NCBI GenBank assembly: GCA_951406725.2 | Contig: OX597839.1 | Span: forward strand, 36,642,001 to 36,706,000 | DNA length: 64,000 nucleotides | Direction: 5' to 3' | Origin: Octopus vulgaris | Taxonomy: Eukaryota | Part shown: piece after piece, positions 42,751-53,089 of the stretch | Position numbering within the stretch: position 1 is the first letter of the stretch | How the letters are laid out: each line of letters begins with the position of its first letter | Notes under the pieces: generated by a model | What the model was told of the DNA's origin: nothing | The model's input: only the letters and a program-made list of their open reading frames with translations | The model's database searches: none | Translations under genes and position numbers: made by a program

Positions 42751-45411
42751 ATGCTAATACATCTGTTTGTTTTGTACACCACCTGTCTTTGTCTTTTGTT
42801 TTTTTCATAAACTCTTCCTATATATATATATATATATTATATATGTATTTATGCATGTGTGTGTAGGGAAAATTAAGATAAACACCAGTATAAATAATAT
42901 ATTTCTGATGTACATTTTCCTATTGCAGTTATTTGGAACTCATCACTGAATTTTCCAAGTGCATTTGGCTGCCTAGGAACTAAATATTTATTCCACTGTT
43001 TATCTTAGCTTCCTCTACATATATTCTGTATATCATAACTAATAACACTTAAGTACAGAGGTCAATGGAAACCGACTGGATAATGATAATCTACATGGAG
43101 CTCCAAGCCATACAGTTGTTATTGGTCATTGAACTGAACGATATACAAGGTGTCCTAGAAAAATTTACCCATGATTAAAACTCTTCCTAAAGAATATTGG
43201 TTTGATTATTATTATCGATATTTTGCACAAATGTTTGCATATGTCCTTTGTTCATGTGTCTGTTGTTTTGTTTGTCTATAACAGTTTTGTAAACAGACGT
43301 GATGTCGAAAGCAAAACGTGACCAGATTGCCACTTTGAAAACAGCTGGAGTGAGCAACAAGGACAGATGAATGCGTGCTGTAAAATGGTGTTCAATACCT
43401 GGAAATGATATATGGAGTTTGCTACTACCTCTAGCAAACCACTTCCTGGTAGGAAACAGTCAATTTGTACCAAACAAACTGTTGAAGCTGTGAAGAAGTG
43501 AATGAACCAAAAAAGAAAAACTGCAAAAGTTCTTGGTATTTCGAAATCATTTTCCATTTGTAGAAACCATGCTGATGTTGGAATATTACATCATCTTTAT
43601 ACCTGCTCGATCCTGTCAAACCATCTGACCCATGCCAGCATGGAAGATGGATGTTAAAAGATGATTATGATGATGGTGGTGACAATAATATATAAATATT
43701 TGTAATTTCCTAATATATATGAAATTATTGTATACAGTGCTCAGGTGCATCATCAATGCACAGGACTTTTAAAGAGAATTTAAAGCCAACTGCATACAAG
43801 AAATAATTCCAGCAGTTAATTTCAGCAGCTTCCAAGGAGAAACGGCTTGACAGGGGTAGCTAAGATGAAGTGTGCCACAAATAAAGTGCTGATCTGGTCT
43901 GACTACAAGATCTTCACTGTGGAGGCAGTTACCAACAGGCAGATTGACAGCCTTTATGCACAAAATGCAGGAGAATTGCCTGAAGGTTGCAGGAATCATT
44001 TATGCCTTCAGAAACCAGCTTCACTCATGATGTGGGCTGCAGTTGCATCTGATGGGTCCAAGTCTCCCTTGATCTTCATCGATGCTGGTGTCAAGGGCAG
44101 CAATGTGGAAATGTCGGATGAGTAAGTGTTACCTTGTGTCACAAAAACCTTTGGTGACTGAACCATCTTCACTCAAGACAGGCCTCAAACCTACACATTC
44201 AATTTGACATAGAAGTGCTGCAAAGAGCATTTCAGCAGTTTTTGGATGCAGATGATATGACCTCCCTCAAGTCCAGACATCAATCCCATGAACTTATGTT
44301 TCTGTTCATCATCATCATCGCTAACATCCGTTTTCCATGCTAGCATGGGTTGGACGGTTTGACTGGGGTCTGGGAAGCCAGGAGGTTGCACCAGGCTCCA
44401 GTTTGATCTGGCAGTGTTTCTACAGCTGGATGCCCTTCCTAACGTCAACCACTCGGTGAGTGTAGTGGGTGCTTTTTACGTGCCACCAGCACAGGGGCCA
44501 GAGGAGGCTGGCAATGGCCATGATCGTTTAGCACTTTTTACGTGCCACTGGCACAGACGCCAGTCAAGGTGGCGCTGTCATCGGCCCTGTTTGGATGGTG
44601 CTTTTTACGTGCCACCATTCACTCCTATTCAAATGTGTCAGATCTGAAGAAGGCCCTTCTGTCTTCACGGGTCTGGCTGGATGAAGAGGTGACACAGCAC
44701 TCAGGCAACTCAGTGACCACTCATTTTCAGGCTATGATCAAAGTGAAAGGTGGTCATTTTGAAATGTAATTACTGCAATGGGTTGACAATTTACATTAGA
44801 ATGTGTGTGCCAAATTCCATTATCCTACCTTAAGTTTAGTTTGAATAATTAAGAAATATCAATCCTTCTGGGACACCCTGTATATTCCAGTGTGGACGAT
44901 GAGTTCAAAGAAGTTGTGTATGGCCACTTAGTATAGAATATAGAGAACTCAAAGACAAGTCTGAGTGTGAATAAACACTTAATCTATAGTCATTTGTTCC
45001 AAAAAGTATATTTCATTTATGGGAAACCCCTCAAGTCCCCTACTTCTATTGGGTTTTATATCAGATCCAAAAGCTCCATAAAATTGCTTTTTGGAGCAAA
45101 CTACCCCCATCACTTTGCTCCCAGCTACGTTATTTAAGACAGACAGACAAAGAGACGTGGTACTTACCGTTATATATTTCCTTAAAAACAAAGGTGACCG
45201 TGACAAAGGCCACCAAGACCACTACCACAAAGATACAAATGGACAACAACCATTTCTCTCTGTGTGTCCAGTTCCGGCCAATGTCCTTCCGGTCAGCAGC
45301 AACATGGACTTGGACAAATACAGGGTCTTCGATGATCTTCAGTTCGGTGTTGATCGGTAATTTGCAGCTGGCAGAATTCTCATTCATCTCTTCGCACCTT
45401 ATTTTCTCCAT
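5837..45411 (-). CDS. Neprilysin-like M13 zinc metallopeptidase (MME/MMEL1/ECE family), 21 coding exons, 760 aa, type II membrane protein; span includes introns
   Basis: Hand-spliced exons sum to 2283 nt with matching phases and GT-AG junctions. Short cytoplasmic tail, TM helix, ten core Cys, [22 protein letters not shown] and CQVW-stop. Exact orthologue not determinable. Confidence 0.96.
7427..7640 (-). mobile_element. Penelope-like repeat fragment
   Basis: Inverted copy of 27270-27470; carries a GAAACGTT hammerhead-like motif. Confidence 0.5.
7695..7958 (-). mobile_element. tRNA-derived SINE, family C variant
   Basis: GGAGGC..ATGGCCTAGTGGTTAG..GGTTCGAAT head related to the 55914 copy; different 3' part. 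Confidence 0.7.
7977..8391 (-). mobile_element. SINE family A
   Basis: Near-identical to the other family A copies. Confidence 0.85.
8427..8503 (-). CDS. Neprilysin-like coding exon 20 (77 nt)
   Basis: [25 protein letters not shown](R); less common AAG acceptor, gtacat donor. Confidence 0.95.
8728..8958 (+). mobile_element. tRNA-derived SINE family B (Nin-domain-like core)
   Basis: CTTTCATCCTTTCGGGGTCGATAAA core; 22-bp TSD ggtacttattttattgacccca at 8705 and 8959. Confidence 0.88.
9477..9848 (+). mobile_element. Internally deleted Tc1/mariner element
   Basis: TA TSD; TIR tctgtgtgaaaagtctggctgcat and its complement; 9576-9776 encodes [15 protein letters not shown]...PWEELS...IVDCRGG transposase C-terminus. 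Confidence 0.85.
10201..10430 (-). mobile_element. SINE family B
   Basis: Full copy with TSD ttccatacagtttct. Confidence 0.88.
10676..10771 (-). CDS. Neprilysin-like coding exon 19 (96 nt)
   Basis: [32 protein letters not shown]; cccag / gtaaga. Confidence 0.97.
11801..11866 (-). CDS. Neprilysin-like coding exon 18 (66 nt; ExxxD third zinc ligand)
   Basis: [22 protein letters not shown]; tttcag / gtagga. Confidence 0.97.
12082..12335 (-). mobile_element. 5'-truncated RTE-like LINE 3' end
   Basis: QFAGHCCRA...[15 protein letters not shown]...AMMDHEVWR followed by a (TGA)n tail. Confidence 0.75.
12434..12564 (-). CDS. Neprilysin-like coding exon 17 (131 nt)
   Basis: [44 protein letters not shown]; ttacag / gtgagt. 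Confidence 0.96.
12923..13260. repeat. Direct tandem duplication, about 168 bp x 2
   Basis: agggttgg..acaggtagggcatcc...tttggtattata repeated back to back with a few differences. Confidence 0.85.
16323..16390 (-). CDS. Neprilysin-like coding exon 16 (68 nt; HExxH zinc motif)
   Basis: [22 protein letters not shown]; ttgtag / gtaagt. Confidence 0.98.
16793..17205 (-). mobile_element. SINE family A
   Basis: Sequence match to family A. Confidence 0.85.
18073..18124 (-). CDS. Neprilysin-like coding exon 15 (52 nt)
   Basis: [17 protein letters not shown]; ttttcag / gtaagt. Confidence 0.97.
18612..18670 (-). CDS. Neprilysin-like coding exon 14 (59 nt)
   Basis: [19 protein letters not shown] (NAFY/NAYY substrate motif); cttcag / gtaagt. 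Confidence 0.97.
19145..20817 (+). mobile_element. Non-autonomous Helitron
   Basis: A|TC 5' end; 3' hairpin CCCGAGCAACGCCGGG followed by CTAG|T; no TSD; internal duplication and microsatellites. Confidence 0.8.
21578..21808 (+). mobile_element. SINE family B
   Basis: Full-length match to family B. Confidence 0.85.
22165..22268 (-). CDS. Neprilysin-like coding exon 13 (104 nt)
   Basis: [12 protein letters not shown]...[10 protein letters not shown]; cttcag / gtatgg. Confidence 0.93.
22285..22490. repeat. Degenerate ~28-bp tandem repeat
   Basis: tagttcaaggggtcaccaataaaatat-like units repeated about 7 times. Confidence 0.65.
23813..24117 (-). mobile_element. SINE family C variant
   Basis: Head near-identical to the 55914 copy; alternative 3' tail. 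Confidence 0.8.
24254..24331 (-). CDS. Neprilysin-like coding exon 12 (78 nt)
   Basis: [26 protein letters not shown] (IGYP motif); cctag / gtgaga. Confidence 0.95.
24664..25028 (+). mobile_element. SINE family A
   Basis: Head GGTTCAGTCCC; tail AAGTAAAAGA. Confidence 0.8.
25364..25462 (-). CDS. Neprilysin-like coding exon 11 (99 nt)
   Basis: [33 protein letters not shown]; ccacag / gtgagt. Confidence 0.96.
25505..26044. mobile_element. Fold-back Tc1/mariner derivative (two inverted 3' ends)
   Basis: TA|CAGGG...CCCTG|TA; 217-bp inverted arms; minus strand encodes [14 protein letters not shown]...F.ERL.QCV...G.H transposase C-terminus. Confidence 0.92.
26508..26738 (-). mobile_element. SINE family B
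   Basis: Full copy abutting an inverted partial copy. Confidence 0.85.
27270..27470 (+). mobile_element. Penelope-like repeat fragment with minimal hammerhead-like motif
   Basis: CCGACGA-A-GAGC-TCT-GCTC-GAAA-CG-TT at 27338-27364; second copy at 7427-7640. Confidence 0.55.
27537..27656 (-). CDS. Neprilysin-like coding exon 10 (120 nt)
   Basis: [40 protein letters not shown]; aacag / gtgagt. Confidence 0.94.
28160..28262 (-). CDS. Neprilysin-like coding exon 9 (103 nt)
   Basis: [35 protein letters not shown]; ttcag / gtaagt. Confidence 0.93.
28505..29260. repeat. (GA)-rich low-complexity tract
   Basis: Purine-rich degenerate GA repeats; source of spurious Ser/Leu ORFs. Confidence 0.9.
29346..29470 (-). 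CDS. Neprilysin-like coding exon 8 (125 nt)
   Basis: [11 protein letters not shown]...[17 protein letters not shown]; ttttcag / gtttgt. Confidence 0.94.
29643..30044 (-). mobile_element. Short non-autonomous Helitron
   Basis: Minus strand A|TCTTTATATATAAAA, (CTGT)n, and the same 3' hairpin + CTAG|T as the 19145 element. Confidence 0.82.
30892..30995. repeat. 104-nt inverted repeat (45-bp arms)
   Basis: taggttaaagtaaaaagga... / ...tcctttttactttaaccta with a 14-nt loop. Confidence 0.9.
31256..31655 (-). mobile_element. SINE family A
   Basis: Sequence match to family A. Confidence 0.85.
32611..33262 (-). mobile_element. RTE-type LINE 3' end (ORF C-terminus + 3' UTR)
   Basis: [19 protein letters not shown]....DRDLWR, then a 3' UTR with GTGCC.GTGGCACGTAAAAAGCACC repeats and a (GAT)n tail. 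Confidence 0.85.
33307..33393 (-). CDS. Neprilysin-like coding exon 7 (87 nt)
   Basis: [29 protein letters not shown]; poly-T cacag / gtatag. Confidence 0.9.
33993..35198. repeat. 74-bp minisatellite, 16 full copies + partial
   Basis: Unit aaaattgtgataaagatgtttaggacatacataaaatatgcttaaaactgYgatggagaggtttaggcatactg. Confidence 0.97.
35302..35481 (-). CDS. Neprilysin-like coding exon 6 (180 nt)
   Basis: [15 protein letters not shown]...[10 protein letters not shown]; ttacag / gtaaga. Confidence 0.96.
35809..36139 (+). mobile_element. RTE LINE 3' UTR-only copy (family D)
   Basis: Matches the UTR of 32611-33262; (GAT)n tail. Confidence 0.8.
36338..36567 (-). mobile_element. SINE family B
   Basis: Full-length match to family B. 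Confidence 0.85.
37027..37232 (-). CDS. Neprilysin-like coding exon 5 (206 nt)
   Basis: [11 protein letters not shown]...FGGWPVI...[14 protein letters not shown]; tttccag / gtaaga. Confidence 0.95.
37320..37940. repeat. (AAC)n and (CA/CATG)n low-complexity tracts
   Basis: Direct inspection. Confidence 0.9.
38086..38169 (-). CDS. Neprilysin-like coding exon 4 (84 nt)
   Basis: [28 protein letters not shown]; ttttcag / gtaagt. Confidence 0.95.
38705..38936 (-). mobile_element. SINE family B
   Basis: TSD tctttagaactacc. Confidence 0.87.
39990..40151 (-). CDS. Neprilysin-like coding exon 3 (162 nt)
   Basis: [26 protein letters not shown]...LQIIIK; tag / gtaagt. Confidence 0.96.
41150..41466 (-). 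mobile_element. RTE LINE 3' UTR copy (family D)
   Basis: Three GGTGCTTTTTAC.TGCCAC units. Confidence 0.8.
41557..41598 (-). CDS. Neprilysin-like coding exon 2 (42 nt)
   Basis: [14 protein letters not shown] (CxxxxC motif); ttcccag acceptor, gtgaga donor. Confidence 0.93.
41781..42002. mobile_element. piggyBac-like MITE (222 bp)
   Basis: TTAA|CCCTTTTGTTAC...GTAACGAAAGGG|TTAA. Confidence 0.8.
42034..42255. mobile_element. piggyBac-like MITE (222 bp), adjacent second copy
   Basis: TTAA|CCC...GGG|TTAA; collinear with the 41781 copy. Confidence 0.8.
43146..44880 (+). mobile_element. Decayed Tc1/mariner (maT/DD37D-like) transposon with nested insertions
   Basis: TA-flanked TIRs caaggtgtcctagaa / ttctgggacaccctg; [42 protein letters not shown] with stops; family D copy at 44306-44617. 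Confidence 0.85.
45168..45411 (-). CDS. Neprilysin-like coding exon 1 (cytoplasmic tail + TM); exon acceptor at 45558
   Basis: GCCATGG start with in-frame TAA 12 nt upstream; MEKIRC...[28 protein letters not shown]; donor G|GTAAGT; acceptor ttctcattttcag before 45558. Confidence 0.88.
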
Positions 45412-46362
45412 GGCGTCTTGTTATTCACTGGAATTATTATTCCACCAACGGTGATGAGATTCTTTTCTGTGTCTAAGACATGACACTTCATTTTCTTCTT
45501 CAGAACATGGTGGCCATCCCTCATAACTGGGCAATCCACAGGTGAGATGCAGACTTTCCTGAAAATGAGAAAGAGAGAGGTTCAGAAAATAATCAGTCCC
45601 ACTATGCAGCACCTTGGGTAAGTGTCTTTTAGTATAGCTTTGGACTGACCTCTGCCTTGTGAGTGAATCTGGCAGATGGAAACTGTGCAGAAGCCTGCCA
45701 CATAATTATATAGGTGCAGGTGTGGCTTTGTAGCAAGAAGTTTGCTTTCAAACCACATGGTTTTGAGTTCAGTCCTACTGTGTGTCACCTTGGGTAAGTA
45801 TCTTCTACTATAACTCCACAAGCCTTAATGAATGGATTTGGTAGATGGAAACTGAAAGAAGCCCATCATATATGTGTGTGTGTGTGTGTATGTTACTATC
45901 TCCTTGCTTTGAAATTACATGATAGTTGCTAGTGTCTTCCAAATGTTGTATTTTGTTTCCAGTCTTCTGTTAAAAAATATCTGGTCATGGAGAAATATTA
46001 TCTTATTTGGTAAAATGTGAAGGCAGCTGGATGAAGAAAATCTATCTCAACAAATTCCATCTGGCTAATTCAAGCATGGGAAAGTGGATGTTAAAAGGAT
46101 GATGATGATATATGTGTGTGTGTGTGCTTGTGTTTGAGCTTTCACCCCCCCCCCCCTGCACCACTAACCAGAGTTGGTTTGTTTATTGTTTACTGATGGA
46201 ATAAGTACTTAGATTTGAGACCAAAGAAAAGAAACAAAACAAAAACAAAACGCTGTCACATTAAAACCCCAACGGCTTATCTAGGATTATCTAACAACAA
46301 CCTGTTGAGACGACCTAAGACCTCATTAAAGCAGCAAACACGTACCTTGGATAGTGTGGCTT

Positions 46363-46734
46363 ACTCTTATACTTGTTTCAGCCATTTGACTGCGGCCATG
46401 CTGGAGCACTGTCTTTAGTCGAGCAAATCGGCCCGAGGACTTATTCTTTGGAAGCCTAGTACTTATTCTATCAGTCTCTTTTGCTGAACCGCTAAGTTAC
46501 AGGGACGTAAACACACCAGCATCGGTTATCAAGTGATGTTGGAGGGACATACACACACACATACATACATATATATATATGTATGTATGTATGTGTGTGA
46601 TGAGCTTCTTTCAGTTTCCGTCTACGAAATCCACTCACAAGGCTTTGGTCAGCCCGAGGCTATAATAGAAATTCACTTGCCCAAGGTGCCACGCAGTGGG
46701 ACTGAACCAAGAACCACACAGCCACTCCTACGCC
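46363..46734 (-). mobile_element. SINE family A
   Basis: Sequence match to family A. Confidence 0.8.
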
Positions 46735-48662
46735 TGGCTTGTGGATATTGTTAAACATTCAGATATCCTTGACCATGCTGGAGCACTGTCTACTTATTGA
46801 CAACAGTGTTGTAACAAGTTGAAGTAGACTAGGACCACAATAAAGTGCTGCCAGGACTTTGCAGCTTCTGTAATGCTTTCAGATATCCCTAGACTAGTTT
46901 TTGGCCTTGTCTACTTACATAGGACAATGTGGCTGCTGCTCCTACAGATTCAGATATCCTATACCTCAGTAAAACAGCGTCCACTTACCTCGGACAGCAT
47001 GGCTGCTTCCAAGCAAGCTAATATTTCTCCTTAGCCAAACATGATTATGTAGAACATTGGAAATAAATACCACTCATTTATAACTTGATGTCAAGATAAG
47101 TGGGACACACATGCACGCACGCACGCGCGACTGATTTCCACTTACCAAAGGCTTTGGTTGGCCTGGGACTATAGAAAAAGATTCTTGCCCAAGGTGTAAG
47201 GACTGAACCCCAAATCATACGGTTGGGAAGAAAACTTGTTTAATTATACAACCATACTTGCTACTTATCCAGATACCGGAAACCATGTCTAAAGTCATTT
47301 AATTGATTGATAAATGATTTCCTCATTAACACACCACCACCCCTGAATTAAAGGTATGTGTTTCTCTCTCTCTCTCTCTCCTTACACTTCTGTAACAGAT
47401 TCACTTCTGCTGAAATAGCTAACAACACATCACCTTCTCCTTCAACAATAAACACCACTCTTCCTAGGAATTAACTAGCTACATACCACCTTCTTTCTTT
47501 ACAGGAATGGTCTCGCTTCCTCTAATCTGGCTAGCTATTTACCACTTTCTCCCAACTAATGGCTTCTATCGTTTCTCAAGCCTAACTAATATACATTATT
47601 TCTTCTATCAAACACACACTCTCTCTCTCTTTCACTTCTCAGCTCAAGCTCTGAATGCTTTTTCCTAATCTTGTTTCCCCAGAATCTCCATTTCTTTGGA
47701 ATTCCTTTCTACTCTCATTCTAGTTTAACACTCAGCTTAAGTCTAATCAACCAGACTCACAATCAAAAGTTTTCCACTTGTGAAATCTCATCTTTTTCTT
47801 TTTATTGACATAAGATTACATAATAATGTAATCTTAAATCTAAGACTACATTATTCAGTGTGCTTTCCCCCTTTTTTTTTTCTAAAGTGGTAGGACGTAA
47901 TTGAAAGTAAATCCAGCTCTTGTTTTAAGCAGGGCAAGCATCTACATAAAGGGCTATTTGTTGATTCATACCGACTCATAGTATTCATAAAGACACAGAC
48001 ATATTACAACAACAGGCCACCTATTTTGGGTGAAAATAGGGTGTATAATCAGTTACATCTCTCCTAGTAATTTCTGCATTTAAACTGACATACAATCACA
48101 TAATTTGGGTGGAAAGAGGGTTGATAATGATGTATTCATACCTTTACCATAAGTGAGAACTTTTTCTCTATGGTAAACTTATTTATTTATTTATTCTAAC
48201 TGGGTGGTCACTTGTGTAGACTCTTTCATGATAAAGCTGTGGCTTTCTAGTCAGCTCAGGATTATCTCTCTTCGGTATCTTTTACTGAGAAAAAGGCACT
48301 GAACCAGAAGTCCAAGAGGGGCTGTCACTGAGCTGATAAGGGTGTATTTACACTTTACCATAAGCAAGAATTTTTTTCTCCGTGGTAAACTTCACAGAAA
48401 TTGCCTTTAGAAGTTAAGATCCGTCCCAAATATATTTCATCTAATCCAAATTTTATTTATCTCACATTATTATTTGGCACTACTACTTATATATATGGGG
48501 TGGGGGTGGGGGTGGGGGAAATTTTACTTCCCAACTACATGGTTCCAGGTTCAGTCCCACTGCATGGCACCTTGGATAGGTGCCTTCTACTATAGCCTTT
48601 GGAGACCAATGGCTTATGAATGGATTTGGTAGGCAGACACTAAAGAAAAAAAAATGTTTATG

Positions 48663-48694
<32 letters not shown>

Positions 48695-49550
48695 AGTATT
48701 GTTTATTGCCACATCAATATGGCTGTTCTGTAGGAACTGATGTTTTTAACCCCAGGAGGACCTTCCTCCAGCTGGTTGTTGATGCAATCTGCACCCGATA
48801 TATATTGCAAGCAGGGGAGTGAACCCTACAATCTTCTAGCTGAGAAGTTACATACAAGGAGAAATTTGCTTTATTTAATTCTATTTTACGGTTAAAATAT
48901 TTTTTCCTGAAAATTCGTATTCACTTCATCATATTATTCAAGCATCAAGATATTTGATAAAAAACCAAAAAGATCCAATTCTAATCATTATATGTGTGAT
49001 TGTATTTCCTGATATTAACCATGGGGGCAAAAGTATACCAGCAAAGTTACTCATCATATGACTTATAACATTAGTGAGTGTGTGTGTATTAGGGGTGAGT
49101 TGTCTTGCCTGTCTATGACTTTCAGGTGTTTTAATACCCAGTGCTTTGAGGGAGTCATCCCCGTTGTACTAAACAGCAGCGTACCAGTGAACAAGCTAAA
49201 CACACATACACATTGAGTGTGTGCAGTCAATAATATTTGCAACATTAGCACTGCTTCTAATTCATATTTGAATGTATGTGTATATCTGTGTCAGTGTGTG
49301 TGTGTGCATGCGTGAATGTGTGTATATATGTCAGATCACTCTTGAATGCTACTGGTAACATGTAACCCACTTACATCCTGTTGCGTGACCAGATTGTCGG
49401 CAACTGAACCAGCAACACCACCAAGCCTGCTTGATAATTAAAGGTATGTTTTTTGGACACCCTGTGGGATGAAAATCAAATGAACTCAGGGGAGTCAACA
49501 ATCAAGGGCTTCCAGTTTGAATAATAAAAAGAAAGATATATATATATATA

Positions 49551-49960
49551 GGCGCAGGAGTGGCTGTGTGGTAAGTAGCTTGCTAACCAACCACATGGTT
49601 CCGGGTTCAGTCCCACTGCGTGGCATCTTGCGCAAGTGTCTTCTGCTATAGCCTCAGGCCGACCAATGCCTTGTGAGTGGATTTGGTAGACGGAAACTGA
49701 AAGAAGGCTGTCGTATATATGTATATATATGTGTGTATGTGTGTGTGTGTGTGTGTTTGTGTCTGTTTGTCCCCCTAGCATTGCTTGAAACCGATGCTGG
49801 TGTGTTTACGTCCCCGTCACTTAGCGGTTTGGCAAAAGAGACCGATAGAATAAGTACTGGGCTTACAAAAATAAGTCCCGGGGGTCGATTTGCTCGACTA
49901 AAGGCGGTGCTCCAGCATGGCCGCAGTCAAATGACTGAAACAAGTAAAAGAGTAAAGAGT
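49551..49960 (+). mobile_element. SINE family A (reference copy)
   Basis: A-box TGGCTGTGTGG, B-box GGTTCAGTCCC, internal (TA)(TG)n, (AAAGAGT)n tail. Confidence 0.88.
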
Positions 49961-50908
49961 ATATATGTGCACACATGCAAGGACTTTGAGAAGAAAAGAA
50001 TAAGACATCAAATCTGTAACCAATCAAAAATCAGAGCCTTTCCTGTAAAAACATATATGTACTAAAAGACAGCACACAAAGTATTTTCTGATTTGAAACA
50101 AGCCATGAAAGGTTAAGAGACTCAGATGGAGATTGGAAAAAAGAACTTCATGCACCATGACAAAAATTAATAATAAAAAAGCCTTTTTCTTTCTCTCTTC
50201 TTTTTTCTCTCTCTTCACTTATTTTAAAAACTTAATATGACTGAACTTTCAATAATGTACATTTGTTATGATCTTTGCCGAACATTTACATTTCTATTAT
50301 CATCTAAAATAGTGAAACTCATTGGAATTTCTGTGAACATTTCAACACTTGGTTTAAACATGTTTGTCCAATTTTGACATTGTAATTTTAAACTCTCCTA
50401 AAACCCCACCTTTTTTTTATATATATATATATATATATATATTTATACCATTGATAACCAAATCATTATCAAAACTAGTTTGGTATTTGAATAGATCTAT
50501 TTAAAAACGACTACGTTTTTCAGATTCAGGTGTATTTTCAAACACCAAAACAAATTCTCCTATATACATATATATAATAGAAGAAGGAAAATGCACATAG
50601 TTTACGTAGTTTAAAGATATTTTTTAACATATTTTATAAGTGAAAGAATATTGTGTATGTCAACCGGTTTTGCTTTCACTAATCATGACATAGAAATTAT
50701 TGTAATTTCATATTTTATTAAGAAGATTTTAGTCCATGTTCTTAATGGAAGTTTGTGAATGAAACAAGTTGAAAAATCTAAATGAAGGTAATTGGTGATC
50801 GTTATTATTCGGGTTAGGGGAGGCAATTGCTCATATTTTGGATGGGGACATAGAGTTATATAGTACTATATAAAGGTATACAGAATTATCTAGAAAGAAG
50901 CAGAATTG

Positions 50909-50960
<52 letters not shown>

Positions 50961-51025
50961 TATATATATTACACCGTATGTAAACAAGCAAGTTTGTTTT
51001 TGAAGCATTGAAATTTATCTTTCTA

Positions 51026-51071
<46 letters not shown>

Positions 51072-52046
51072 AATATTCCTATGTAGTTCTATTTGTTTCT
51101 AGACAGTTCTGTATACCTTTATACAGTTCTATATAACTCTATATACTTCAACATTATTCAGTATAATTCTCTATAATTGTTTGATAGTGTAGCAGTAGTG
51201 GTAGCAGTGACAGTAGTGATTGCAGTGGTGGTGGCGGTGACAAGAGGTGGTGACAGGAATCTAAGTAAACCACTCCAGTATATCCTCACAATGGCAACAA
51301 TTTACAAACGGAAATAAGGAAATGATTACTCTACTTGTAATGTATATGTATGCATACATATTTACAAGCATATTTATATATGTTTATATATATATGTGTG
51401 TGTATGTGTGTGTGTGTGTGTGTAAAGAGAGAGAGAGAGAGAGAGGCCTGTAAGCAGTTTGCTTTTACAAGTACTACTGATCAAAAACTGCATACTGGAC
51501 GCCAGTAGCTTTCTGGGGTCATCAAAAGAGAATGCACATCAATTTGGGGGCCTTCCTCTTGATGGCTTTACAGTCTACTGCGCCCATCCCCAATATGATC
51601 CCCTGCTTTACCTTGCCTACAAGACCAGCTGACTCGTATGCCGAGGTCGACTTTGCCTTTCATCCTTTCGGGGTCAATAAATTAAGTACCAGTTACGCAC
51701 TGGGGTCGATGTAATCGACTTAATACCTATGTCTGTCCTTGTTTGTCCCCTCTGTGTTTAGCCTCTTGTGGGTAATAAAGAAATACGTATTTGATCTTCA
51801 GCCCTTCATTTCAGGACCACCAGCTCCCTTTGAATTTGTCGAGTCATTCAGGTCCTGACTTGCCATACAGGCAAAACAGTTCCATCACTTTTCTAACCAG
51901 GTTTCATTGTCCTTTCATTTGTTCAGATACCTACAATGGCTGGCCCTCTTCACTGCTCACTGAATCTCTTTCAAGCTGGTGTTAGCTTGTTGCTGTACCT
52001 CGATTGCCTACAACCGTCCATTAAGTCTAGTTGCTCTCTTTTCTCT

Positions 52047-53051
52047 TTACTCTTTTACTTGTTTCAGTCATTTGACTGTGGCCATGCGGGAGTACCACCT
52101 TTAGTCGAGGAAATTGACCCCAGGACTTATTCTTTGTAAGCCCAGTACTTATTCTATCGGTTTCTTTTGCCGAACTGCTAAGTTTCAGGGATGTAAACAC
52201 ACCAGCATCGGTTGTCAAGCAATGCTAGGGGGAGAAACACAGACACACAAACACACACAAGCATATCATCATCATCATCATTTAGCGTCCGCTTTCCATG
52301 CTAGCATGGGTTGGTCTCATCATCATCATTTATGTATATACATATATACAATGGGCTTCTTTCAGTTTCTGTCTACCAAATCTACTCACAAGGCTTTGGT
52401 TGGCCCGAGGCTATAGTAGAAGACACTTGCCCAAGATGCCACGCAGTAGGACTGAACCCAGAACCATGTGGTTGATAAGCAAGCTACTTACCACACAGTT
52501 CCAATAAAAATTCTGCCTCCACCTTGTGTAGTAAAGTGTACTGTGCATCAACTAGTGTCTTTAGTTTTCTTGTATCACCTCTTAGTGTTTGTCTTCCTTA
52601 ATTGAGCATTATGAAGTGCTACTACATCTTTCATCTTTTATTTGTTTCTGTCCTTTTTTTTATGGCCATGCTGGGGCACCAACATGAAAGGTTTTAGTCG
52701 AACAAACCAAACCCAGGGCTTATATTTTTTACACCTAACACTTATTCTGTCAGTGTCTTTTGCCAAACTGCTAAGTTACAGGGATGTAAGCCCACCGACA
52801 CCGGTTGTCAAGCAGTGGAGGGGACAAACACAGAAACAAAGACATACACACCCATACATTCATTCATTCATTCCGTACATCAAATCCGTTCACAAGACTT
52901 TGGTTGGCCCAAGGCTATAGTAGAAGACACTTGGACTGAACCAAGAACAAAGTTGTTGGTAAGCAAGCTACATACCACACAGCCAGGCCTGCAATACACA
53001 CACACTTTTCAGCACCCCACCTCATATACATATGAGGGCTTGCTGAATACT

Positions 53052-53089
<38 letters not shown>

